Positions 24,610 through 38,026 of a stretch of 62,000 nucleotides of DNA are shown here, one piece after another. Each line of letters starts with the position of its first letter. The first letter of the stretch is position 1. A program made the position numbers and the translations under genes. The notes below the pieces were generated by a model, which was not told the DNA's origin, ran no database searches, and saw nothing but the letters and a program-made list of their open reading frames with translations. This DNA is from Wallemia ichthyophaga EXF-994 (taxonomy: Eukaryota > Fungi > Basidiomycota): NCBI RefSeq assembly GCF_000400465.1, contig NW_008806285.1, forward strand, positions 206,001-268,000, given 5' to 3'.

Positions 24610-26099
24610 TTAATATTCTCCCTCTTCCTCAACTCCGTCTGCAGAATCAACTCCAACTTCTTCGTAATCCTTCTCAAGTGCTGCAAGATCTTCTCTAGCC
24701 TCTGAGAATTCACCCTCTTCCATACCCTCTCCAACGTACCAGTGAACAAAGGCGCGCTTTGAGTAAAGTAAGTCAAATTTGTGATCAAGACGTGCCCATG
24801 CGTTTGCGATTGCTGTGGTGTTTGAAAGCATACATAATGATCTTGATACCTTGGCGAGATCACCACCTGGAACCAAAGCTGGTGCTTCATTACAGATACC
24901 AAGCTTGAATCCAGTTGGACACCAATCAACGAATTGGATGGTACGCTTCGTCTTGATTGTTGCAACTGATGCATTAGCATCCTTTGGTACAACATCACCT
25001 CTGTAAAGCAAGCAACATGCCATATATTTACCTTGACGTGGATCACACTTAACCATTTGGTTGCCTGGGTCAAAGCAAGAGAATGTCATCTCTGAAACCG
25101 AGTTTTGCTCATGTGTTGCTTTCTCTGCTGATATTATTGGTGCGTAAGATGCCAATGGGAAGTGAATACGTGGGAATGGTACCAAATTCGTTTGGAATTC
25201 GTTAAGGTCAACGTTAAGTGATCCATCGAATCGAAGTGATGCAGTAACTGATGAAACAACTTGAGCAATAAGTCTGTTCAAATTGGTGTAAGATGGGCTT
25301 TGAATACCAAGTCTGTTACGGCAAATATCGTAGATAGCCTCGTTGTCAACCATGAAAGAACAATCAGAGTGCTCAAGTGTAGTGTGCGTAGTGAGAACAC
25401 TGTTGTATGGTTCAACAACTGATGTTGACATCTTTGGTGATGGGTAAACTGAGAATTCAAGTTTCGACTTCTTTCCGTAATCGAGTGAGAGACGCTCGAG
25501 GAGAAGTGCTCCGAAACCAGAACCGGTACCACCACCGAATGAGTGGAATACAAAGAATCCTTGAAGACCTGAACAGTTATCCGCAAGACGACGAACTCTG
25601 TCGAGTACTGAGTCTACGAGTTCTTTACCAACCGTGTAGTGACCACGAGCGTAGTTGTTGGCTGCGTCTTCCTTACCGGTAACCAAAGTTTCTGGGTGGA
25701 AGAGTGATCTGTATGGTCCAGTTCTAACCTCGTCAACTACGTTTGGCTCAAGATCGACGTAGATGGAACGAGGAACGTGCTTGCCTGATCCCGTTTCAGA
25801 AAAGAAAGTTGAGAATCCATCATCGTTAGCTGATGGTGAATCTGGCATAAGACGACCATCTGGCTGTGAATTTTGTTATTATTGAGTTCTGTTTATGTGA
25901 AAATTTTCAGCTTACTGAGAGACCGTGCTCAACGGTGTAGAGTTCCCCTGATACGCGTTAAATTTGATTTCAATAGATTTTAATCAACCCACAGCAAGCG
26001 TTACCGATTTGTACACCTGCTTGACCGACGTGCTATTGACAGTGAGTTGACGTGGCGCAGGAAATAGTTTAGACTTACGACGGAGATAACTTCACGCAT
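24610..26099 (-). CDS. TUB1: Alpha-tubulin
   Basis: MREVISV at 26099, three short 5' introns, [45 protein letters not shown]-terminal EEGEY. Confidence 0.99.
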
Positions 26100-26435
26100 T
26101 CTTAATTATTTATTGAATTTATTGGTATTTAACTGAAAGGGGCCTTGACTCTCGCAAATAAGGGTGCTTTAGAGAAAAGACTTGGTCGTACGGACTCAAG
26201 TGCGTCGCGTCTATAGATACGTGATGTATAAAATTTACAAGTCAGTGGAAATCCAACTCAAATATCATTCGTAACTTTGAACAACTTTTCATTGCCCCAG
26301 TCTCACCTCTTAACTTCGTCTCAATCTCTTTTTGACTTTGGCTCCTTACTCAATTCACAACGGCATCAAGTCATTTATATCTAATTGATTGCATGCAATT
26401 TCAAGTGGTATGACATAAATATTAGTTTCAGACCG

Positions 26436-29400
26436 TTACCCAGCATCTTTTGCAAACTCATCGCTGTGTTCCTCATTTTCATCATCGTTGAACCTAACCT
26501 CTTTTCTGTCTTGATCGTTGCTTAAAGGTGACGTACTGCTACGATCGCTAATATCCAACGAACCTTCATTTGTATGCACCTCGTTTTCATTTGCGCTCTC
26601 CTCTATCGTCTTTGTTAAAGGTGCCAGGAATCCATTATTCTGCAGTGATGCCAACATATCTGCTGCCATAGCTGCTTCATTACCTGGACCTGATAAATCT
26701 GATTGACTTTGCGAGGCATGAGGTACAGAGCTCCTTCTGTTTCCCTTCCTGGCTCGCCTTCTAGGCGCTGTGTCTCCTTGCTTGAGCTTGTCGAGCAATG
26801 TATCCATTATTGACTCGCCCTCTGGGTCCGTGTAAGCTGCTTGTATTGCTGCTCTTTCTTTAACTCTAGCTTCTTTAGCTTGACGTCGCTTTTCAATGCT
26901 CGCCTTCTCCTCTGCGTACGTCTGGTTCTCATTTTTACATTTCTAATCGTAACATTAGTCAAAACCCACAAAACACTTTAGTAAATACCTTGTAAGAAGC
27001 CAGAAATTGCTTAAACACACCAAAGAACTCCGAAGTCGATGGTAACTTGTCAAGTTCACCATAGAAGCGAGCAGTGTTCTGATACGAAGCATCGGCCAAA
27101 GCTAATCTGTCAACCATGCCATCTAGCTTCCCTTTAGCAACTGCAGAAAATTTCCACATCTTTTCAGGGTACCCATCTCGAGGGGTAATAGATTCCGGAT
27201 CATTGAAGTGATTCTCCAATTCCAACAACAAGTGTTTCAGCCCTTCTCTAAGATCTCCTAGACCTTTCCTCACATCCGTCAAATTTACTACTAACGTCAG
27301 CTTGCGGGTTGCAAGTATATATCTCACTAACCTCTGTAAGCTTCAGCCGGCTTTGACAACTCATCAATGAAGAGCTCCATGTCAGTGAACTGCTTTGCTA
27401 CGGTTCTCTCGAGGAAGTGAACCAAAGTAGTTCCATTTGTCGACTTGGTATCAACCATCTACTTCGCGTTAACATATTCCACAAACAAATGCACTCGTAC
27501 CTTATTTAAACTGGTGATCTTAAAACCGAAAGCTCCACCTTTAACACCTTGAGCATTCATGTAATTACCAATCAGTAACACCAGCTGCAGATAATTAGAT
27601 TATATGAAATCCCCTATTCTTACTCACCTTCAACATTTCTATAAACCTTGGAGCAGACATTAGACTTTCAGATGCCTCATGAACTACATCAACGCTCTGC
27701 CGATGTTAGAAGAATTATGTGCTTTTGTAATGACTCACTTCACTTAGAATATTGTACACCTCTTCGAAAACAGACTTATAAAGCATACCCTCGATTCTAG
27801 GTCCCATTCTTTCTATCTTGATCAACTGAACCATTAGTCTGTCTGCAGGGTGCAAAGTAACAAGAACCTCAGGGCCTGCATCCTTGTAAGGTGCCAATTT
27901 ACCTGCCTGTTCAGGAGTCGGCAGAACCGGTTTCAACTCGCTCAAGAATGTCTGCGTACAGAAGTCCTCGTCAAATGAAAGGATTTTTGAGGCGATCTGT
28001 TCGGGGGAGTATTGCTTTACCCGCTGCATCACAATTTCGATTCTCTTCTGCGATGAAACGTCTAGAACACTTATCAAGTCCTTGTCCTTTTTCTTGTTCA
28101 TCAAATTGAGGACTATCTGCTTACTCTTAAAATCTTCTTCGAGTTCAATCCACACACCATCACGCTTTAATTGGTTAAACCATTCTGTTTCAGGAGCCTC
28201 GTTCGTAAGACCCCAGACAGTCTTACCGAGATGATTTTGATTTATTTTATCCCACTGTAGCTGCTTCATCTTCTGACTCGCGGCGTCAGGCAGCTCTTTA
28301 CGAGCATGAGCACTATACATAGTAGAAGTAGGTCGTGAAGAGGGAGGGATTGGCGGAGGAGGCGGAAGACCGGTGTTAGTAGCTGGTATTGCTTGACGTA
28401 GACCACCAGACTTGAGTATGTTCGCAAGTGAGGCGTTTGGTGTTGTAGTACCTGGTGGTGGCGGAGGTGGTGGCGGAGGAGGTGGAGCTCCCTGAGATGA
28501 CGCTTGAGAAGTTGGAGGTGGGGGAGGCGGTAAAGGTATAGGGCCACCAGCTCCCATGGCAATTACTGGATTTCCGACCGGTGGAGGAGGAGGAGGCACA
28601 GGTATAAGACCACCTGTTGTCATAGCACTTGCAGGATTTCCGACTGGAGGGGGAGGAGGCGGCACAGGTATAAGGCCACCTGTTGTCATAGCACTTGCAG
28701 GATTTCCAACCGGAGGTGGCGGTGGGGCTGGAGGAGCTGGAGGAGCTGTAGGGGGTGTAGATTCTGCTGCTGGCATTGAAGATAAAAGATCTTTATCATT
28801 TGTGGCGGACGTCTGATCCGTAACATCCGGTCTACCAACCCCTTGGTGTTTTTTGAGGTTCTTAGTTTGCTTTTGTAGCATGGCTTCAAATGCATTGTTG
28901 CGGGTTTCTGATGAGTTTTCATTAATGGAGGCCATGGATGTCACTTGGGTATCGTCACTTTGGGTAGTAAACCCGCTAGCATGAGTCATAGTTGCATCAG
29001 ACTGCTCCTCGTCAGTCTGCGATTCTTCAGTAACTGCTGGCATCTCTGAATCCGTCTTTGATCTGTCGTCTTCATCTTTATCGTCTTCGTCTAAGGGTAA
29101 ACCTGAAGGCGTCCTGCGGCCTCTGCTGCGAATCTCTTCTAGGTAGGCCGGTTCTATACCAAGTTTCTTATGACTTTTACGTTTACTGGACTTTTCTTGT
29201 GGACTTGGTGCTGTCTTGGAAATTGACATCGAACTATTATCTACATCAATCTCCCGAGAACTACTCACGTATGGACCGTTACTAGGTTGGACACTCATAA
29301 TCGCACTGTCACTCGAAATCCTCTTACTGCTTCTTTGAGGTTTACCTGAAGGCATAGGTCTAGCCAATGCTTTTCGCTGTTGTACGTTGTAATCCACATC

Positions 29401-32155
29401 CTTTGGCATGTTCTGATATCGTAGAACCCTTGGGCTGGGTTGCTTGGGGCTTTCACGCTCTGATCTCATAGGTGTCAGCTTACCTTTACTGACAAGATTA
29501 ACGTGATGCTCCTGTACTTCTTCATCTTCTGCGTCCATGAATTGTGATGCACGACCCTCATCCTTTGTGGCTGTGATGCCTGAACTTTCCGAATCCCTGT
29601 TCTGTGGTGGAGCTTTGACTACACCCAGACTGCGTCCAAGTTTAGCACCTCTTGAAAAAGGCTGATCACCCTTGCTAGGTACCTCTATTTTTGGCTTTTT
29701 GCTTGGACTTTCTGCCATTTGTTCAGCTTCTTGCTCGGCTCCTTGCTCATCGACATTATTCAATGCGTTCAATGCGTCTGTACCCTCTAGCTTCTTAACA
29801 GTCTTGTGCCGAGCAAGTCGTCTTTCAAGGGCAGTGACGAACTCGCGTTGCTGAGACTTTTTCCCATCAATACCAACTTCATTTTCAACTGATATGAGAT
29901 CATGGAACCCTTTCGTCTGCTTAAGCAGATTAAACAATTCGCGTATGAGTGCCTCCAGTTCAGTAATCTTCTCGCGGAGTCTATCTTCAAGTTCTTCAGA
30001 GTGCTCTTGGACTTTATGCATCGCCTCCCGCGAGATACTCAGTGATTCCTCCGTCTCGTTCAGTTTCCTTTGAAGCGTGTTGACTAATACCGTATCTGAA
30101 GATGACGACGCAGGCAAGTCAGTCGCATTATAAAGCGCTACCTCCTGCTCAAGTGCATCCTTTTGTCTCCTGGTTTTAATGTGTTGCGCGTGTTCATTTT
30201 CCAGCTGATTCTCTAGCTTCTGCATTCTGTCCTGATCGGTAAAGCGAGACACAACATTTCCAACAGATACGTTAGCTAGCGATGAGAAGTCTGTCGCAAC
30301 ACCACCCTTCCCGTCCATCACAATTGACGATATGAGGCTATCCACTAATTGAAGATACCTATTCTTTGTCTCAGGATCACTTGGAAGCAGTAGCAAGTGT
30401 TGTAATACGGCATGAAATAAGTCTCGACCTCTGGAACCTTCAACAGATGATATTAAAGCCCGAAAAATGTCTTCAGTCGTTGTAAGACTACCAAAGAATT
30501 GTGATTTCTGAGATTGCATTAATAACTCGTGATCCTCTTCAGCCAATTCTTCGTACTCGAGGATGATGTCCTCAACACGGGGATGCTGAAGGCTCCTCAA
30601 TTTGTCTGTGACTCTTTTCAAACCAGATAATTCCAACTGAGATCTAAGAAAATGACGTACGTCTGGATCTTCCGGCAAGCATACGAGTTGATTGACAAGA
30701 AGCAGATTCACCACCTTGATATAATGAGTTGATTTTCACAAACTGACATTTACTCACGGCATAATCAACCAACATGCTATCAGCAGATATAGCGTTCTTC
30801 AATTCATCGCTTGCACCCACGAGCGAGCCCATTCGACCCCTACCGTCAATGGTAGCTTCGAAAGATTTGAGCCATGGATCGAATCTCGAATTCTCCTCGT
30901 AATGTGTTTGCAGTGCGTCGAATGATCTGAGAACAATCGAGTGGCCTCGTGGTTTATCCCAAGAGATCAAGAAGAGTAGAATTTCAACAGCCTGTCTTCG
31001 AGTTTGAAGTTGTGGGCTCATTATAGACGCCGCTAAGGATGTCACAATAATTGGTTGCGAGGATACATCGCTAGCACCAGACTAGAGCCCATCAGAATAC
31101 TGAAGACAAAATAGGGAACACCTACAGGATAGTTTACCACGTGCCGCATGCACTTGACGATTTCTGCTTCAAGTATTGCGTCGCCCTCTCTCTTAACCGT
31201 GCGATGATTGATGGTGTGTAACACATTGGCCAAAACGGAAGGACCGCGAAGCTCAATAAATTCCTTCAGCCACCTAAACATAGATGAGTAATATAACAAC
31301 AAATTGTCATTCCACTCACTCGAGAGGCATTGTACGCAAGCTGACGGATAGATGAGAAACGTCAGTGTGTAAAACGTTACCACTGAGGAATTTGCGAATG
31401 TAAGCTTGAGGGGGGTCATCAGCATGCCCAACAAAAGCACGTGGGGAGGAAGTAGAGGATTTTTCGCTTCTGCCGTGTCTCTTGACAGCTTGCTTCTGCT
31501 TCAAGGCGCTACTCTGAAGCAAAGCACGCTTATTATCTTGAGGCAAAGCTCTGAGTCTCTTAGCTTCAGAGTCACCCGGAGCTATGGATTGAACAAAGAT
31601 ATCGAAATGATCCTCAATCTCAGCCTCTGAGAGTAAGTCAACATTCTTTATAGAGATACCACCTGTGCCAAGTTTGCTCATGGAGGAGGAGCTTTGGGAT
31701 CTTACAGAATTGAATGAAGGGGATGATTCAATACTTGCTAAGTTAAAGTCGTTTATTGACCTCGAAGGACCAGCCTCGTAAAAAGCATCGCCGCTGCCCA
31801 AGAAAGAGGAGAATTGCGATGAGCGACCTGAAAAGAGAGAATTTCCATCAGATTGCATCCTAGAATTGCGTTTGGTGGGGAGAGTGGAGATCATTGATGA
31901 CGAGGTGGGTAATCTACCTGCGTCGATCGAGGACGAGCTGTGATATGAATCAAGGGTGGGGCTACGATAAGGGTAATCCTTATTAGCGTCATATTCAATA
32001 TTTGAATTTAAATTGGAATTGAGATTTGGATTGGTATTTGGTGCAGAGATGGAACCGCCAGAGATAGCTGACTTGTCAACGTCGTTCCACTCATAATCTG
32101 CTTGGATCTTTGAGCGTGATTTCTTCTTTGAAGACAGTGAAAATATTGAGTCCAT
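26436..32155 (-). CDS. Diaphanous-related formin (GBD/FH3, FH1, FH2, DAD), SepA/Bni1-like
   Basis: FH1 polyproline; FH2 MKQLQWDKI, LLIGNYMN, GFKITSL; DAD-like MDTLLDKLK..RRRARK; likely ATG at 32155 (MDSIFSL). Confidence 0.93.
28529..28730 (-). repeat. 66-bp (22-aa) tandem repeat, about 3 copies, in formin FH1
   Basis: Units start at 28595 and 28661 (period 66) and encode PPPPPPVGNPASAMTTGGLIPV; the third copy is diverged. Confidence 0.9.
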
Positions 32156-32370
32156 TTGGACTGCTTTTTCACTCAGTGGTGGTGATAGTACTGGTCCGAC
32201 CAAGACAAATTCAAATCAAAGCCAATATCAGCGTCATATTGCAGCAAAATTAAATTGAAATTCTTCTTCTTTTATTACAATTCTATGTCTTACGATTCAA
32301 AGCGTCTACTTTGGCTCTGACCTGATACCGCAATTGGGCTGGTATACACGGACGCGCCCTATACGCCACT

Positions 32371-33733
32371 TCATTCATCATCTGAGTCGTAGAATTCATC
32401 TGACATATCTTCATCGAGTGCGGCAAGGTGTGCCAAGTCGACCTATTTCGTATTAGCACACTTCGTTATCATCTAATCCAGCATTCACCTTATAACGGAG
32501 TAGACCACCTACACCACCAAATCCGCGAACAAATTGAGCACCTTCTTGCGATTTGTCAGTTACAAATTCCAAGTTTGCACCAAATTCCTTGTAATTCTCT
32601 GCAAACCATTCTAACAAAGATTGTGGTTCACCGATTGGCTCCATTTCAGAACCAGTTGAAGGATCAGTGAACTTTGAACGATCGTCTTCCTGTCCTTTGT
32701 TTACGTGAAGTACAACTTCTTCGCCTGCAGCATTGCGAAGCTTGTGACGAGTGACTTCAAGATTCTCAAACACAATCAAGTCCTTGACAGCACCAAGATC
32801 TAATGCACGTAACGTATCCTCAATACCAAAGCAGAATTTACCAGTGTCTAAGGAAATTTCATCAAAGTACTTTGAGATAAGCTTCTTCTCTTGTACGAAT
32901 TTAACATTCTGCAATGACTCGGAAGATAAATCGATTGCTTGGTTGAAACCATTCTCACCACCGTAAGAAACATCCACAATTTTAACAATCTTTGTCGCCA
33001 ATCTTGGGTCAAAGAGATCCGATTGACTCAATTCAGTCTTAAAGTCTGCACTACCAGCGAGGACCAAACCAGCAACATTGATCTTGTCATTAGTAATAAA
33101 GTGCTGAGTGGCGAACTCAGCAACCTTTCTAACGTAGTTGTGGCGCTTTTCATCACGGAGACGGGAGAAACGCATGGCAGATTGACCACCACGTCCGTGC
33201 TTCTTTGGTAGATCAACGGTAAACTTCTGAATAACCTCTCTAGTGTTTCCGGCGAGTGTACCAAACAAGGAGCCACTACCATCCATAACGATGAAACCAA
33301 ACTTTGTGTCAGATTCGAGCAACTCCTGTAGGGCTTCTGTGTGGAACTTGTTATCGCAAAGGTAAAGGGAGGTGTTTATAGGGCGGTGAGGTTCGAAGTC
33401 AATAGAGACCTTCTTCTCTTTACCGTCATCGGTGACGATTGTGCCTACGAAGAGAACTAAACCATTGTTGGGCATGCGAGTATAGAGCTTGAGACGCTGC
33501 TGAGTGGAAGTGATGGCAGCTAGAACAGAGAGTCTATTAACACGTGATTTAATGTTTGAAGCAGTACCGTATTCCTGCGTAAGCATACCACTGAGTTGAG
33601 ATATTTGTGCTCTACCGTTTGAGATCAAACTGATCATCGAGGTACCGTTACCTCTGACAGAGTCCAACCAGCGAATAACCCTCTTCATCTTCCATATCTG
33701 CACATTTTGTGCTGCAATATCGTCTGAACTCAT
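32371..33733 (-). CDS. SUP45: Eukaryotic release factor 1
   Basis: [21 protein letters not shown]; after a terminal intron the last exon reads [23 protein letters not shown]. Confidence 0.98.
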
Positions 33734-34262
33734 ATCGTGATGGTGGTGGTGGAAGAATTTATATAACCAATTAAAATTTGAAATATCCTGAGTATAAAAT
33801 CAGTGCCTTTTACTTGGTGTTGTTTACAGTGCCTGCGTATGCTTGATCTTCCTCAGAGACTGCTATCTTCGACTATGCTTGACATCCATCTGCACACCCC
33901 AACCCACGCCAAATATGCTCCAACTAATATCCTAAAATACCTCTCGTCTGCCGCCTTATTGCTCGATTGGCAGCTGAATTGATGGATGCCACGCGGTGAA
34001 AGTAAAATTTGCAGGTACAAACGTCTCAAATGATCGTTGCGTGTTCAAGGCTAGAATTAAAGGCTACGATTATATTTACGTCTGTTCTGATATTTCGCCG
34101 CGTTGCGTGACATCTTTGATCGTGCACAGGGAATGCTTTGGGCACATAAAGGATATACCTTACATATATATTGCACTAGAAGAGCTACTACAGAGTGTAT
34201 CGCTGCTTTTCACATCGTTTTCGCGTCAGAAAGGCTGATAATACTTCTTCAACTGCCCTTCC

Positions 34263-37200
34263 ATGAGCCAGAATAATATAAAGGTAGTTGCGCGGTTTAG
34301 ACCTGTAAATAAGGTCGAGCAACAACAATATCCACCAGATGGAAAACCCATCATCGACATCAACGATACCAACACTCAAGTAAATCTCTACAACGAATCA
34401 AACAACTATTCTTTCGATAGAGTGTTCGATAGACAGTCCAAGCAGGAAGACGTTTTCGAATACGGCGTTAGGGGTATCGTTGACGATGTCATTTCTGGCT
34501 ACAATGGTACTGTCTTCGCCTACGGTCAGACCGGCTCTGGTAAAACGTACACTATGATGGGCTCTGATATCGACGACAACAACTCAAAGGGTATCATACC
34601 TCGCATCACCGAACAGATCTTTGAATCCATTCTTACCTCTCCTCCAAACATGGAGTACCTTGTCAAGGTCAGTTACATGGAAATCTACATGGAAAGAATC
34701 AGAGACCTCTTGTCCCCAAATAATGATAATCTTCAAGTTCACGAGGATAAAGTAAGAGGCGTTTACGTCAAGAACCTTTCAGACTACTACGTTGGTGATG
34801 CAAATGAAGTCTACGAGATTATGAGACAAGGCAGTCAAGCAAGAGCTGTCTCTTCAACAAACATGAACGCTGAATCTTCTCGCTCTCACTCAATCTTTCT
34901 TATCTCTATCGTACAGAAAAACATCGAGACTGGCTCCCAAAAAACTGGTAACCTCTATCTCGTCGATTTGGCTGGTTCAGAAAAAATTGGTAAAACTGGT
35001 GCAACCGGACAAACCTTAGAAGAAGCAAAGAAGATCAACAAAAGTTTATCAGCACTTGGTATGGTTATCAATGCCTTGACTGATGGAAAATCAACCCATA
35101 TACCCTATCGTGACTCCAAACTGACAAGAATCTTGCAAGAATCTCTCGGAGGTAACTCCAGAACTACCTTGATAGTTAAGTACGTTGATTTTCGGCTTTG
35201 GGATTTCGATCTAACTCAAATACAGCTGTTCGCCTTCCGAATATAACGCTGACGAGACTATGTCGACCTTGAGATTTGGTATCAGAGCAAAGTCGATCAA
35301 GAATTCTGCTCGTGTCAACACTGAATTATCTCCTGCTGAACTTAAGAACCTTCTCAAGAAATCGCAAAGAGATCGCACTCTTTATGAAAACTTTGTCACT
35401 GCACTTGAAGCTGAGTTGAAACAATGGAGGGCAGGAAAGACAGTCCCAAAGGAAGATTGGACAACTAAAGACTCAACACCAAAGGAGAATATACCTTTAA
35501 ATACCACAATACCATCTACACCTACCAAACCAATCAATCAAAACCTAGAAGTTGCTCGTGATGAAGCACGCCCAGCTACCCCGGTGCCGCTCAACTTGGA
35601 TAAAGATGAGAGGGAAGACTTCTTGAAACACGAGAACGAATTGAGTGACCAGTTGGCAGACAAGGAAAAAGCGATGACTTCACTCGAAAAGGTTCTCAAA
35701 GAGCTGCGCGACGAGCTTGATTTCTATAAAACCTCTCATCAAACACTCAACGAGGAGAACTCTGACTTCCAAACGCAATTATCAGATCTCCGCCTACAAT
35801 TTGAAAGATTAGAGTTTGATAACAAGGACAACATCATCAATATGGATGTTCTACGCGACAGAAATACAGAATTGACAGCTTCAGTGAATGACTTGAACAG
35901 ATCTCTTGAAGAAGCCAAGAATGCTCAGAAAGACTCCCTTGCGGAAGACTTTGAAAAGAAGAAGGCTGAAAAGATGGCACAGATGATGGCTAAGTTTGAT
36001 GCTACTGGTTTTTCAGAGAAGGACGATGTTTTACGAGACTTAGTGTCAAAGATTGACAGCATTGACAACGACGAAAGACTCAGCGGTGGCACATTGACAT
36101 CTGACGATCTTTCTGCTATCCGCCGCCAACTCCTTGAATCCCAATCTCTTGCTCGCGAATCCCAGGACAAGCTTCGCAACAGTGAACATGATAACCAAAC
36201 CTTGGTTATCAAGAGGGAGGAGGTTGAGTCTCGTTTGCATGGTCTTGAAAGCGAGTTCGAAGAGCTTCTAGAGAAATCGATCAAAGAAGAAGAAGCCAAT
36301 AATCTAGACTTGCAGGAGTCTATCAATGGAATCAAGGACAAGCTTGAAGCACAATACAATTCAAAGCGTGAAAAGAACGAAGTGGAAGTTAATGATCTGC
36401 GTCAGCAGATAGAGAATAAAAATCAAGATATTACCTCGCTCAAAGACGACGTACAGAATCTGATGGGCCTCAATGACGAACTTAAGCGAGCCTTCGCTGT
36501 CACATCAGCTGGTATAGAAGGCGGTAAGAACCTAGTAGATTCAGCAAGAGATCTGGAAAAAACTCGCAAGAGCCTCGCATCCCAGTTAAATGACTTTGAA
36601 GGTATGAAGAAGTCACTGATGAAAGATTTACAAGATCGCTGCGAGAAAGTCGTTGAACTTGAGATTGAACTTGATCAGTATAAAGAGCAGTATGCTCAAG
36701 TGTTGCGTAGCACCAACAACAAGGCAGCTCAGAAGAAAATGGCCTTCTTGGAGCGCAATCTGGAGCAATTGACCCTCGTTCAGAAGGGACTTGTTGATCA
36801 GAACCAATCACTGAAAAAGGAAGTCGCGATTGCTGAGCGCAAGCTGCTTGCTAGATCCGAAAGGATTAACAACTTGGAGCACTTACTACAGGAAGCAGAC
36901 AAGAGGCTCGTCATCTCTAATGCTAAGTTTGAGGGGCAACTACAAGCCGTACGAGAGCGCCTTGAGCATGCTAGATGTGAGTACTAACGATTGAATAACA
37001 CATCCACTGACAGTAACCTTAGCTCAAAAAGAATCCACAAATGCGTCCATAAACTTCGGTAGAATCGCTAAGCCTCTCAGAGTGAGAACTTTACTTTTCA
37101 GGAAAATACTACTGACATCATAAACCAGGGTGGTGGTGGTAGCGGATCAGCATCTGCTTCTCCGACGAACAAGAAAACGATAGACTTATCTGGTGCGTCA

Positions 37201-37307
37201 GACCATGACAGCGGATCGTCGAGTAAGTTGATGAGTGTGCGGTGAGATTGTTAACTGACTCCGCTACAGCTAAACGTGCTTCTTGGTTCTTTTCATCTGG
37301 AAAATGA
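34263..37307 (+). CDS. Conventional kinesin heavy chain (kinesin-1)
   Basis: GQTGSGKT, NAESSRSH, LVDLAGSE, HIPYRDSKLTRILQESLGGNSRT; coiled-coil stalk; fungal tail RIAKPLRGGGG..KRASWFF. Confidence 0.97.
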
Positions 37308-37573
37308 TTTCCTGTGCTTTTATCTTCACACACTATATATCAGCAGTCATCCAAAGCAGCTTTTGACTTGTATCTATCATACACCCTTCTTAATATAGCA
37401 CTAGTGAGACGCATGTGCAGTATGCCAGTGATGCAATCAGATGCAAACTTTTTTTCCAATACCTCTTCACAATGGTATTTCGACCATGCAAATCATGCGT
37501 GCATGTCTCTGATGATATGACCAACTATGCATGTATACACCCGTGAACGACAGAAAGTTGAAATCGTATAATC

Positions 37574-38026
37574 TCAGCTCGAAGCGACCACTGATTTCGC
37601 TTGCTTTGCCTGATGTGCTCATTGAGTTAATTTATCGAAATCTCGAAAGCTAACTCACGGCGACCTTGGCAGCCAAAGCTTGAGCATCTCTTGGAAAATG
37701 TCAGATTATTACTTCTAGTGCTCAATGACCCACGCTTCACGCTTGTTCGAAAGCCTCTGAGTGCTTTGTTTGGGCGCTGGTCAAGAATGTCAGAAACCTT
37801 ATAAAAGGAGATGCTGCATACCTTTATTGTTGGCAGCGGCCTTCTTCTGCGCGCGTTCTATGCCATTTTAGAACATAAGGACGATCAAACAGCTACATAC
37901 CCCGATCCCTACGCGACTTTAGTATCCGCTCATTGAGAATGCTACGAGCTTACTTTTCTCTTTGATTCCCTCCTGAATCTAAATGTCAGAATATCCCAAT
38001 GCATTAACTGCATCCTTACTGCTCAT
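37574..38026 (-). CDS. SERF: SERF/4F5-family small basic protein (59 aa, 7 exons), absent from the ORF track
   Basis: Canonical GT-AG splicing gives MSRGNQREKDRERAQKKAAANNKAPKQSTQRLSNKREADAQALAAKVAAKQAKSVVASS*; M.RGNQRE is the family signature. Confidence 0.88.

Noticed and set aside
33799-33820. GCCTTTTAC matching U5 snRNA loop I
   Set aside because: Flanking stem is poor, and there is no conserved CCG or downstream Sm site; it lies in the SUP45/kinesin intergenic region
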